Assembly (NCBI GenBank): GCA_903884455.1
Contig: CAISEW010000037.1
Coordinates: 80,161-144,160 of the forward strand
DNA: 64,000 nucleotides
Direction of reading: 5' to 3'
DNA from: an uncultured Chloroflexota bacterium
GTDB taxonomy: Bacteria; Chloroflexota; Dehalococcoidia; GIF9; AB-539-J10
Under the pieces are notes generated by a model. It saw only the letters and a list, made by a program, of their open reading frames with translations. It did not search any database and was not told the origin of the DNA. Made by a program: the position numbers and the translations under genes. Shown piece after piece: positions 11,109 to 20,136 of this stretch (position 1 is the first letter of the stretch; each line of letters starts with the position of its first letter).

Positions 11109-12047
11109 CTAGTTGAGTCGCTCAGCTATCCTTAATTTAGCGCTGCGGCTGCGTGGGTTGGATTCTATCTCCAACGAGGTAGGTTTAATAACCTTCCGTG
11201 AAATGAGCTTCAAGGCGGGCACATGCCCACAGCGACATATTACTGTTCCCGGGGGACATAGGCAGCTGCTGGCTGCGTAGCGCATGAATTGCTTAACTAT
11301 ACGGTCTTCCAGAGAATGATAACTAATGACTGTTAATCTCCCCCCGGGGCGAAGGAGGTTAAGGGTTTGATTGAGAGCCAGCTCCAGATTTTGTAGTTCA
11401 CTGTTGACCGCGATGCGAAGCGCCATGAAGGTTCTTGTGGCAGGGTGAATTTTGGCACGCTTGCCGCCTAAAACTTGCTCTACCAAGCGGGCAAGCTCCA
11501 CGGTGGTAGCGATAGGACGATTTTGAACGATGTGCTGCGCTATTCGCCGGCTGTGACGCTCTTCACCGTATCGTTCTATGAGCTTAGCCAACTCTTGCTC
11601 AGAGAAGCTGTTAACGATATCCGATGCGGTTAACCCTTGCCCAGGATCGAACCTCATATTTAGGGGAGCATCGAGGTGGAAGCTGAAGCCACGTTCGGCT
11701 GTATCCAGTTGTAGAGAAGAAACACCAAGGTCGAAAAGGATACCATCAACTGGATGAAAATGGTATCTTCTGCAGATGACCTCAAGGTTAACGAAGTTGT
11801 CATTAACCAAAGTAACTGCTTCGCCATAGTCGTTAAGTTTATCTTGACTTATTTTGATGGCTTCAGGATCCGCGTCAATGCCTAAAAGCCTTCCTGAGGG
11901 TGAAATTTTTTCTAATATGGCTGCTGCGTGTCCCCCCAGACCGACAGTGCAGTCAATGAAGTAACCTCCTCGCTGAGCCTGCAGCCCTGCTATAACTTCA
12001 TCAAGCAGAGCAGGCACGTGGACGGGCAAGGAAGTGGTGACGCTCAT
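11109..12047 (-). CDS. rsmH: 16S rRNA (cytosine1402-N4)-methyltransferase RsmH (MraW)
   Basis: 312 aa; SAM-binding motifs (DCTVGLGGH, FDLGVSS); follows mraZ. Confidence 0.9.
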   Translation of the reverse strand: MSVTTSLPVHVPALLDEVIAGLQAQRGGYFIDCTVGLGGHAAAILEKISPSGRLLGIDADPEAIKISQDKLNDYGEAVTLVNDNFVNLEVICRRYHFHPVDGILFDLGVSSLQLDTAERGFSFHLDAPLNMRFDPGQGLTASDIVNSFSEQELAKLIERYGEERHSRRIAQHIVQNRPIATTVELARLVEQVLGGKRAKIHPATRTFMALRIAVNSELQNLELALNQTLNLLRPGGRLTVISYHSLEDRIVKQFMRYAASSCLCPPGTVICRCGHVPALKLISRKVIKPTSLEIESNPRSRSAKLRIAERLN

Positions 12048-12050
12048 GTA

Positions 12051-12473
12051 CTATACTCCACTCTCAATTATCTGTGATGCCTGCTCTTCGGACGATGGTT
12101 TCTCAGCCTGCCATCCCTCTTCGCTCCAGAGTTCAACACGGGTATTGGCGCCGACAACAATCGCTGTGTCAGCAATCTTAGCGTAGTCACGCAAAGGATC
12201 TGGCAATTTTATCCTGCCTTGCCCATCAAATGAGGCACTGAAGGCGGAGCCAAAGATGGCGCGATTCAACTTCCTTAAGTTAGCTGGAGTTACTGCCTTC
12301 TCAGCAAGCTTGTCGGACAGCCTTTTCCATTCTACTATTGTATAAACGGTGATGCATTTCTCTCCCATTCCCTTGGCTAATATCACGCCCTCCTTCATCT
12401 CTCGCCTGAATTTTGGCGGCAGAGGGACTCTTCCCTTTTCATCAACCTTATATGGATACTCACCGAAAAACAT
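12051..12473 (-). CDS. mraZ: transcriptional regulator MraZ
   Basis: 140 aa with duplicated MraZ half-domains (MFFGEYPYKVDEKGRVPLP... / GQGRIKLP). Confidence 0.9.
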   Translation of the reverse strand: MFFGEYPYKVDEKGRVPLPPKFRREMKEGVILAKGMGEKCITVYTIVEWKRLSDKLAEKAVTPANLRKLNRAIFGSAFSASFDGQGRIKLPDPLRDYAKIADTAIVVGANTRVELWSEEGWQAEKPSSEEQASQIIESGV

Positions 12474-12543
12474 TTTATTTACCTCAGTTCCCCCTAAGAC
12501 CCCCCACTGTTGCCGCGCTTATCTTGTCTATCATACCCCTGTC

Positions 12544-12570
12544 TACCCTTTTTCCCCACTTTTCCCCACA
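12544..12570 (-). promoter_or_regulatory. candidate MraZ operator: GTGGG direct repeats at 10-bp spacing upstream of mraZ
   Basis: Minus strand reads GTGGGGAAAAGTGGGGAAAAAGGGTAG about 70-100 bp upstream of the mraZ start; MraZ binds GTGGG-type direct repeats in dcw leaders. Confidence 0.4.
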
Positions 12571-12793
12571 AACCTAATTATAAACCATATCCTTATTTTG
12601 TCAATACTTTTTGGCGCTTTTTTGAATTTTTGAACAAATTTCGTCTTGGAGATTGAAAATAGAGTGGTGCTAAATATAGCCCACGGGATACACTGCTCTC
12701 TGAGAGCCAAGGTCACCGGGAAGCACGAGACTTTCTTTTGTCACCGCCTGCATGGTAAGATATGCATTTTGAAGGTTTTTATTGAGGGAATCC

Positions 12794-13534
12794 ATGCGTA
12801 TTGATATTTTATGTCTCTTCCCTGAAATGTTTGCCTCTCCACTCGACCAGAGCATCATCAAGCGTGCTCGGGAGCAGGGATTGGTGGACATCATGATTCA
12901 TGATATTCGCGACTACACCCATGACAAACATCATACTGCGGATGATTGTCCTTACAGCGGTGGACCTGGTATGGTGCTCAAGCCTGAACCTATCTTTGAG
13001 GCAGCAGAGGCGATAAAACAGCAACTTGGTGTAAGTGAGATGCCTATCATATTACTCACCCCCCAGGGCAGGCTTTTTTCTCAATCTGTGGCTCAGGAAC
13101 TGGCCATCCATCCTCATCTGATGTTAATTTGTGGCCATTACGAAGGTTTAGACGAGAGAGTGTGTGAGCACTTAGCTACTGATGAAATCAGTATCGGGGA
13201 TTATGTACTTAGTGGGGGGGAATTAGCTGCCCTGGTTGTGGTGGATGCTATCGTTAGGCTTATACCGGGAGCGCTTGGCTCACAGGATTCCGCCAGCAGT
13301 GATTCTCATAGCAACGGGCTTTTAGAATATCCCCAATATACCAGACCTCCGGTATATCGAGGTTGGTCAGTACCCTCGGTTTTGCTTTCAGGGAATCACG
13401 GCGAAATTGCTCAATGGCGACGCCGTCAGGCTATCCTGCGAACGGCGAAACGACGCCCTGACCTTTTGGAGAAGGGCAATATCTGCGATGAGGAAAGAAA
13501 ATGGATGTTAGAGAATTTGTTAAACCCAAAATGA
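12794..13534 (+). CDS. trmD: tRNA (guanine37-N1)-methyltransferase TrmD
   Basis: [13 protein letters not shown]... SPOUT/TrmD motifs; ATG at 12794 with GAGGGA RBS preferred over the TTG at 12782 used by the ORF track. Confidence 0.9.
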   Translation: MRIDILCLFPEMFASPLDQSIIKRAREQGLVDIMIHDIRDYTHDKHHTADDCPYSGGPGMVLKPEPIFEAAEAIKQQLGVSEMPIILLTPQGRLFSQSVAQELAIHPHLMLICGHYEGLDERVCEHLATDEISIGDYVLSGGELAALVVVDAIVRLIPGALGSQDSASSDSHSNGLLEYPQYTRPPVYRGWSVPSVLLSGNHGEIAQWRRRQAILRTAKRRPDLLEKGNICDEERKWMLENLLNPK

Positions 13535-13905
13535 ACCCCAACATTCCTCAAATTTCCCCTGGCGATACGGTCAAGGTTAGTTTGAAGGCTATGGAAGGGG
13601 ATAAAGAGCGACTGCAACACTTCCAAGGAGTGGTGATTAAAATGAGGAAGGGCGTGGATGGTGGAAGCTTTATGGTGAGGAGGGTATCTTACGGCATTGG
13701 CGTGGAGCGCACTTTCCCTTTTCAATCCCCTTCTGTGCAAAATGTGGTGGTGCTCAGGCATGGACAGGTGCGCCGGGCCAAACTCTATTATATGCGCAGG
13801 CTCAGCGTGAAACAGGCCCGACTTAAGGAAAGGCGAGAGAAGGCACTGGAGCAAGCCATGCCTCAAGAGGAAGAACCTCGCAAAGAAGAACAGTCCTCTG
13901 AATGA
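13501..13905 (+). CDS. rplS: 50S ribosomal protein L19 (with acidic/basic C-terminal extension)
   Basis: PGDTVKV...[20 protein letters not shown] matches the L19 core; overlaps the trmD end as in the conserved trmD-rplS operon. Confidence 0.85.
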   Translation: MDVREFVKPKMNPNIPQISPGDTVKVSLKAMEGDKERLQHFQGVVIKMRKGVDGGSFMVRRVSYGIGVERTFPFQSPSVQNVVVLRHGQVRRAKLYYMRRLSVKQARLKERREKALEQAMPQEEEPRKEEQSSE

Positions 13906-16334
13906 ACTACGCCGAGGTGGCGGTCAATTCACCGGGGAGCCGGTCAACTTTTTGCTATGCCATACCGCCAGGACTCCATATTAGTGCCGGGCAAGCAGTA
14001 TGGGTGCCCTTTGGCACGCGGGTTATTCAGGGGATTGCGCTCCGATTATCAGACGAGCCATCGGTTGAAGAAACTAAGGAAATAGCTGGCATTGTTGCTG
14101 ATTTTCCTTTGCTTTCCCCGATACAAATACAGCTTGCCCAGTGGATAAGTGAACACTATTTTGCCCCCCCTTTCGATGCCCTGGCTTTAATGCTGTCTCC
14201 GGGATTTGAGAGGCGGGCTATTACTTGCTTTCAGCTAACGGATTCCCAAGTAGATTTGCCCTTAACAGCGGAACAAAGGCAAGTCCTTCATATTATAAAA
14301 GGGAAAAAGGAGATAAGCTTGCCTGAGCTGGAGAAAGCAATTGGCAAAAAAAAAGCCAGGCAAATCACCGACCAGTTGCTGGCCCATCAGCTAATTACAC
14401 AAACTCTGGAATTGGAAAAGGCAAGGGTAAAGCCCAAAACGCTTCCTTATATTAAGTTAATAGCTGACAGAGAAGAAATCGAAGTGGCGAAGGCTCGCCT
14501 GGATAAGTCTCGAGCTTATAAACAAGCAGAACTCTTAGAATTTCTGACCGGGCAGACTCAACCTATTCCAATTAGCGAACTGAGGGAACGGCTCAATTGC
14601 TCTCTTGCCGCTATCAAAGTCTTGGAGAGCCGCCATTTAGTCTCAGTGGAAAGGCTCAGAGTAAGGCGTGACCCCTTATCTCACCTCAGCCTCACAACTT
14701 CTCCGGCTCCGGTTCTCACTTCATCTCAACAAGCTGCCTGGGGATCGATCCAAGATGTCATTGTGAAGGAGACGAGGCAACCTGGCAAGCCACCGGTTTT
14801 CCTCCTTTTCGGCGTTACTGGCAGTGGCAAGACTGAGATTTACCTGCGAGCCTTGGCTCAGGTTATTACTGCCGGTAAGAGAGGCATTTGCCTTATCCCG
14901 GAAATCGCCTTGACCCAACAAACAGTAGAGAGATTTGCTAATCGCTTCCCCGGGCGTGTGGCAGTACTGCATAGCGGCCTTTCCCCGGGAGAGCAGTTCG
15001 ACGAATGGCAATGGATAATGGAGGGAAATTGCGATGTCGTCATTGGGCCGAGGAGTGCCTTATTTGCGCCCCTGTCCAACCTCGGTCTTATCATTATTGA
15101 TGAAGAGCATGAGTGGACATACAAGCAAGAAGATAAATCGCCTCGCTATCATGCCCGCGACGTGGCTATTAAACTGGCTCAACTCAGTGATGCGGTTGTT
15201 GTCCTGGGCAGTGCTACCCCTGATATTGGCAGTTTCCATAAGGCACAGCAAGGCGAATATCAGCTTGTAGAGCTAAGGGAAAGAATTACTCCTCGTGGGT
15301 ATTCCCCTCTCCCCGAGGTAAGCATAGTGGATTTAAGGGAAGAACTTAAAGCCGGAAACACAAGCTTGTTTAGTCGTTCCTTATTGGCTGCCATGAAAGA
15401 AACTCTGGCGCAGGGCGAGCAGATAGTTCTTTTTCTTAACCGTCGAGGCACAGCTACCTTTGTTCGCTGTCGTAACTGTGGCTTTGTCTTGCGTTGCCCC
15501 CGCTGCTCTATCGCCCTTACTTATCATTCGGTGGAGAAAAGGCTAATTTGCCATCGCTGCCGCTATTCTGTTCCAGTGTCTCAGAACTGTCCCCGGTGTT
15601 TTCAGCGCCATCTCAGGTTTCTGGGCATTGGCACACAGAGGGTAGAAGAGGAGGTAAAGCATTTCTTTCCTGAAGCAAGAATGCTTCGCTGGGATAAAGA
15701 TGTGATTACCAGGAGATATGCGCATGAGGAGTTGCTGAAGAATTTTCGTGACCATAAGGCGGATGTGCTTATTGGCACTCAGATGATAGCCAAAGGATTA
15801 GACCTGCCTCAAGTGACACTGGCTGGGGTAATCAGTGCCGATATTGGTCTTAATTTTCCCGATTTCCGAAGCAGCGAGCGTACTTTTCAACTCCTGTGTC
15901 AGGTAGCTGGCAGGGCAGGGCGTGGGATTAAATCCGGAAAAGTTATCATCCAGACTTACTCCCCCGACAACTACATTATTGAAGCTGCGGCCAAGCACGA
16001 TTATCTTGGTTTTTATTATAAGGAAATAGATTATCGCCGCCAATACAATTATCCTCCTTTTAGCCAATTAGTCCGCTTGGTTTATAGCCACACCGATGAA
16101 GAATTATGTCGCCGTGAGGTAGAGAGGGTATATCGTCTAATTCTTGATGAAAAGGCGAGAAAGGACATAATTGATTTCAATGTAATTGGTCCTGTGCCCG
16201 CTTTTGCCTTCAGAGCCAGGGGCCGGTATCGCTGGCAACTCTTCCTCCGCGGTCCTGACTCAACTCGGATGTTATCCCGGCTCACTTTGCCGCGGGGCTG
16301 GACTATAGATGTCGACCCGGTAGGGGTAGTTTGA
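13902..16334 (+). CDS. priA: primosomal protein N' (replication restart helicase PriA)
   Basis: 810 aa; Walker A GVTGSGKTE; DEEH box; Cys-rich zinc-binding insert (CRNCGF..CPRC..CHRCRY..CPRC). Confidence 0.9.
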   Translation: MNYAEVAVNSPGSRSTFCYAIPPGLHISAGQAVWVPFGTRVIQGIALRLSDEPSVEETKEIAGIVADFPLLSPIQIQLAQWISEHYFAPPFDALALMLSPGFERRAITCFQLTDSQVDLPLTAEQRQVLHIIKGKKEISLPELEKAIGKKKARQITDQLLAHQLITQTLELEKARVKPKTLPYIKLIADREEIEVAKARLDKSRAYKQAELLEFLTGQTQPIPISELRERLNCSLAAIKVLESRHLVSVERLRVRRDPLSHLSLTTSPAPVLTSSQQAAWGSIQDVIVKETRQPGKPPVFLLFGVTGSGKTEIYLRALAQVITAGKRGICLIPEIALTQQTVERFANRFPGRVAVLHSGLSPGEQFDEWQWIMEGNCDVVIGPRSALFAPLSNLGLIIIDEEHEWTYKQEDKSPRYHARDVAIKLAQLSDAVVVLGSATPDIGSFHKAQQGEYQLVELRERITPRGYSPLPEVSIVDLREELKAGNTSLFSRSLLAAMKETLAQGEQIVLFLNRRGTATFVRCRNCGFVLRCPRCSIALTYHSVEKRLICHRCRYSVPVSQNCPRCFQRHLRFLGIGTQRVEEEVKHFFPEARMLRWDKDVITRRYAHEELLKNFRDHKADVLIGTQMIAKGLDLPQVTLAGVISADIGLNFPDFRSSERTFQLLCQVAGRAGRGIKSGKVIIQTYSPDNYIIEAAAKHDYLGFYYKEIDYRRQYNYPPFSQLVRLVYSHTDEELCRREVERVYRLILDEKARKDIIDFNVIGPVPAFAFRARGRYRWQLFLRGPDSTRMLSRLTLPRGWTIDVDPVGVV

Positions 16335-16526
16335 TTTTGCGAAACCATCGGCAGAGCCCAACCACGGGGGATTTGCAGTTCTGGTCTACTTGACATAATT
16401 TACTTGACTAGAACAACATACTAACGTCCAGCTTAAGCAGATTTATATCGCCAGCCGTTTTGCAAATTGCCTACAGCAGGCTGATGAGCCAGAAAATCCT
16501 TCAGGTTTCTGGGAAAGACTTACCTG

Positions 16527-18059
16527 TTACCGCTTGGCTGCCTTGGCGAGTGTCTTGCCTGGCGAAGTCATCTTTTTGCTCAGGGCATCACGGTCGCCAC
16601 CGCTCATGCCGGCGATGTGCCTAACCAGCTTTTTCCTGGACTCGATATCGTACTGGGTAGTGATGGCGATTTGCTCCATGATAGGTGAGCCGCCGCCATG
16701 GTAACTGCCGATATTGTGTATGCCTCCAGTCGCTGAGCAGAGCACGTCACCCAGGTAACGCCATAGCTGTGCCTGGTCCTCCACCGGCATGTCTGGATTG
16801 CGCTTTGTGTATTTAAGGAGAAAGTCACGGGTCTCGGGGTTCAGGAAATCTTTCTCGTGTGGGAAGGTGGCTACCACGCCGCCGCTGATATCGCAGAGCA
16901 TCTCCGTTTCATGATAGACGGCCTCACCTGTCAGGCAGCGACCGACGTTACAGTAAATCGAATTGGGTATATAGGAGCCGGGGCCATAGGGCACAAATCC
17001 TATCCCGGGTATGTACACCTCTGGCTTGCCCAGGGCAGAGGCTGTGTATCCCGCCGCATAACCCAACTCGGTGACCATGATAATTTCAGCCAGCTTCTTC
17101 CGGACGTTGGGTGTTTTGTAGATGTTGTTCACCTCGGCAGCCAGTGCTGCGGTTCCCAAAAGCACGTCACCAAGAGCGGGTTTGCAGCCAGAGTAGGAAT
17201 GGCGATGGAACAATGCGAAGAGGAGAGCCACCACGCCGCCATGCTGCCATTCGCCGGCGAGGAAGACTCTTTCCCAGGGCACGAAGCAGTTGTCAAATAT
17301 CATGTAAGAGTCTGTAGCTCCGGGCAGGAAGCCACGCTTGAAGTGTTCCCTGGGTCTGAGGTTATGGACAGTAGTAATCTGTTTCAGTCCTTCCCAGTCG
17401 CCCGGGATGGCGAAGGCGACGGCGTAGTCCTTGTCCTCTGGACGCAACGCTCGTGTCGGCACTACCAGTACCTCATCGGCAACTGATGCCTCGGAGATGT
17501 GCAGCTTGCAGCCGCTGACGATGATGCCATCACTGCGCCTCTCTTTAATCCGTACGTAGGCATCCGGGTTTGGCTGCTCAGCAGGCCTCAGCAGCCTATC
17601 GCCCTTGACGTCAGTCTGGGCGCAGCAGCCCACCAGGTCTTCGGTTTGGAAGCGAATAAGCCACTTCTTAAAGTTCTCGTGGTACTGAGTGGCGCCTTTG
17701 TTCATCTTGTCCGCTTCGTAAGAAACGTTGTAGACGGCATTGGTGGCGTCGATGCCCATGCATCGCTGGATGCAGCCGGCCACCTTCTGGCAGAGCATGC
17801 GGGTCATGTCCTGCTTCTTGTGCAGATCATCGGTGCTCTGGTGGATGTTGGTGAAGCGGCTGATGCGCTCGCCGGTAAGATGAGAGATAGCGGTGCACAG
17901 GTCCTGGTTCTCTGGCTTGGCAGCCTCGTCAAATGTAGTGCCGATGGTATTTATACAGTCCATCTGTAGCTCGTCAGTGCGGTCGATTAGCGCGCCATCG
18001 AAGTAAACGTTTCGCTTCATTTTTGCCAGCCCCTGTATATACTGCTTCTTTGTTCTCAT
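16527..18059 (-). CDS. 4-hydroxybutyryl-CoA dehydratase / vinylacetyl-CoA isomerase family protein (AbfD/HpaB-like flavoprotein)
   Basis: 510 aa; Cys-x3-Cys (C96/C100) and H-x6-C (FHRHSYSGC) spaced like the AbfD [4Fe-4S] ligands; HpaB/ACAD-like fold; GC visibly higher than neighbours. Confidence 0.55.
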   Translation of the reverse strand: MRTKKQYIQGLAKMKRNVYFDGALIDRTDELQMDCINTIGTTFDEAAKPENQDLCTAISHLTGERISRFTNIHQSTDDLHKKQDMTRMLCQKVAGCIQRCMGIDATNAVYNVSYEADKMNKGATQYHENFKKWLIRFQTEDLVGCCAQTDVKGDRLLRPAEQPNPDAYVRIKERRSDGIIVSGCKLHISEASVADEVLVVPTRALRPEDKDYAVAFAIPGDWEGLKQITTVHNLRPREHFKRGFLPGATDSYMIFDNCFVPWERVFLAGEWQHGGVVALLFALFHRHSYSGCKPALGDVLLGTAALAAEVNNIYKTPNVRKKLAEIIMVTELGYAAGYTASALGKPEVYIPGIGFVPYGPGSYIPNSIYCNVGRCLTGEAVYHETEMLCDISGGVVATFPHEKDFLNPETRDFLLKYTKRNPDMPVEDQAQLWRYLGDVLCSATGGIHNIGSYHGGGSPIMEQIAITTQYDIESRKKLVRHIAGMSGGDRDALSKKMTSPGKTLAKAAKR

Positions 18060-18225
18060 TTTTTTCCTCCTTGCTTAATGATCACTAAAGCTTTAATAGT
18101 TTGGTTATTCGCGAACTGATGTGGTCTATAGTATAGCTCGCGCCGCACTGGCAGGCAAATTTCCAGGCTCTCTCGGATTGGCAAAAAGCCAGTAAATCGG
18201 GGGATAAGGGCTGAGCCCCGCCTCA

Positions 18226-19017
18226 CTAACATTCTTTTTCCAGCAAATGACTCAGCATTTTGTCATACCCAGGTGGATGCGGTGAGTTGTATCTCAAAAA
18301 CGTAGGAATCGGATACCTGAAAACACCAATTTTATGACCTATTTCCAGACCTTGAACCGTTTTCTCAATCTTGCTCATCGGTATCGAAAAGGCGCACTCG
18401 TAATCTTCAGTGTGAGGAATCAGCCGTTCCCCCAGGCTTAACAAGGTGAACTGGCACTCGTCTTTTTCGATAGTCCGAGTGATATAGGTTGTACATCCGG
18501 CCCCTATAGCCAAAGTAGCGTCTAGACTTGTCTTACCTGTTCCAGTGAGGTAGCCTGTAAGAAGTATCCATATTTGAGCTGGGTTGCCATAAACCAGGAT
18601 AAGATGTGGTTCAAAGGTAGCTCTGTTTAGAGGAGCCATGAGTACATTCTTGTACTTACCATATTCAAATTTGGGAATGTTTTGAATAGCCGCCGCTGCC
18701 TGTTTTTTGCTCATCCCCCATAACCCAAGGGACTCTTGGAAGCTCCCATCAGCGACATCTGGCAACAAAGGTAAGAATCCCATACTTATGCCAGCAACGT
18801 AACAGCTCTGAAACTTGTCAACAGCTATAGTCCAGCCATAGCGCCGCGCCATATTAATTGCGTGACACAACGAAACAGTTATTCCCACGTCTTTTTGGGG
18901 TATCCTAGTCTTGTCAGGAAGTTCTTTTTCGGATTCGCACATCCGGATGGCGAGTGGAAAAGTTTGTGGACGCACATAGTAAGTCAACGCCTCATCGATT
19001 TGTTTTAGATTTGCCAT
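18226..19017 (-). CDS. conserved hypothetical protein (resembles DUF169 family)
   Basis: 263-aa ORF with no recognisable catalytic motifs; possibly co-transcribed with the AbfD-like gene. Confidence 0.4.
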   Translation of the reverse strand: MANLKQIDEALTYYVRPQTFPLAIRMCESEKELPDKTRIPQKDVGITVSLCHAINMARRYGWTIAVDKFQSCYVAGISMGFLPLLPDVADGSFQESLGLWGMSKKQAAAAIQNIPKFEYGKYKNVLMAPLNRATFEPHLILVYGNPAQIWILLTGYLTGTGKTSLDATLAIGAGCTTYITRTIEKDECQFTLLSLGERLIPHTEDYECAFSIPMSKIEKTVQGLEIGHKIGVFRYPIPTFLRYNSPHPPGYDKMLSHLLEKEC

Positions 19018-19139
19018 GTTCTGTTCCTCCTTTGTTAATCATACTGACCTGATAAACGAGAAACTCCATCAGGTTTTGGGAAGCCTTACCTCTTACAGGA
19101 TTTCTGTTTTATCTTCGAGGTGCCGCTATGTATACCTTA

Positions 19140-19739
19140 TCAGAATTCTCGCCTGTTTTCCAGTGCTTGCCCCAGGGTTAGGTCGTCAGCATATTCCAGC
19201 TCAGCACCAAAGGGCAAGCCACGAGCCAGGCGAGTGACGCGAACGCCCAGAGGGGTGATAATCCGTTGCAGATACATAGCCATAGTCTCGCTCTCTACAT
19301 TGGGATTGGTTGCCACAATCACTTCGGTTACTGAGCCATCTTTAAGACGGGTCAGAAGCTCCTTTATCTTGAGCTCTTCAGGCCCTATACCCTGTGTCGG
19401 GTTTATAGTTCCGTGAAGCACATGATAAACACCGTTATATTTCCCCGTCTGCTCCAAAGGAAGGATATCTGAAGGTTTCTCCACAACACAAATTTTAGAA
19501 TGGTCACGCTCTTTATCTTGACAAATGCGGCAAGGGTCACAATCAGTGTTGTTAAAACAAAGCGAACAAAGCTTTATCTTTTCCTTCAGTGTTAAAATTG
19601 CCTCGGCTAAAGCCTTGGCTTCTTCATCAGAGCTGCGTAAGAGATGATAAGCCAGCCTTTTAGCACTTTTGGGCCCAATTCCAGGCAGCTTATTTAATTC
19701 CTCAATTAATCTAGCTATAGGCTCAGCAACAAGTCTCAT
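19140..19739 (-). CDS. recR: recombination protein RecR
   Basis: 199 aa; HhH (LPGIGPKSAKRLA), C4 zinc finger (CSLCFNNTDCDPCRIC), Toprim domain. Confidence 0.9.
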   Translation of the reverse strand: MRLVAEPIARLIEELNKLPGIGPKSAKRLAYHLLRSSDEEAKALAEAILTLKEKIKLCSLCFNNTDCDPCRICQDKERDHSKICVVEKPSDILPLEQTGKYNGVYHVLHGTINPTQGIGPEELKIKELLTRLKDGSVTEVIVATNPNVESETMAMYLQRIITPLGVRVTRLARGLPFGAELEYADDLTLGQALENRREF

Positions 19740-19800
19740 TTTCCCTGACTTTTTATCGTATTGTCATTCTGAGAGCAGCAAAGAATCTCCAGACTTTTGC

Positions 19801-20106
19801 CTAAAGTAACCCCGGTATATTGAGACCACCGGTCAAACTGCTGAGGCGCTTACTAACAAGCTCCTGCGACTTGGTAATAGCCTCGTTAACAACAGTCATG
19901 ACCAAATCTTGCAGTAACTCAATATCTCCTGCTGCCACCACTTCGGGAGATATCTCCACGGAATGCACCCTCTGGTGTCCATCCATCACCACTTTGATGG
20001 CACCACCTCCACTGGTAGCTTCCACGGTAATGCTGCCCAATTCCTCTTGGGCTTTAGCCAGCTTTGCCTGAAGTTGCTGGGCTTGACGCAATATTGATTT
20101 ATCCAT
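19801..20106 (-). CDS. ybaB: nucleoid-associated protein YbaB/EbfC
   Basis: MDKSILRQAQQLQAKLAKAQEEL... typical YbaB; ATG at 20106 has an AAGGAAAGGA RBS, whereas the ORF-track start at 20130 is a GTG. Confidence 0.85.
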   Translation of the reverse strand: MDKSILRQAQQLQAKLAKAQEELGSITVEATSGGGAIKVVMDGHQRVHSVEISPEVVAAGDIELLQDLVMTVVNEAITKSQELVSKRLSSLTGGLNIPGLL

Positions 20107-20136
20107 TTCGTTCCTTTCCTTCAGCTTCACTCAGGA

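Noticed and set aside
16857-17969. 209-aa and 156-aa plus-strand ORFs
   Set aside because: They lie antisense within the AbfD-like gene (GC-rich). No RBS and no motifs.
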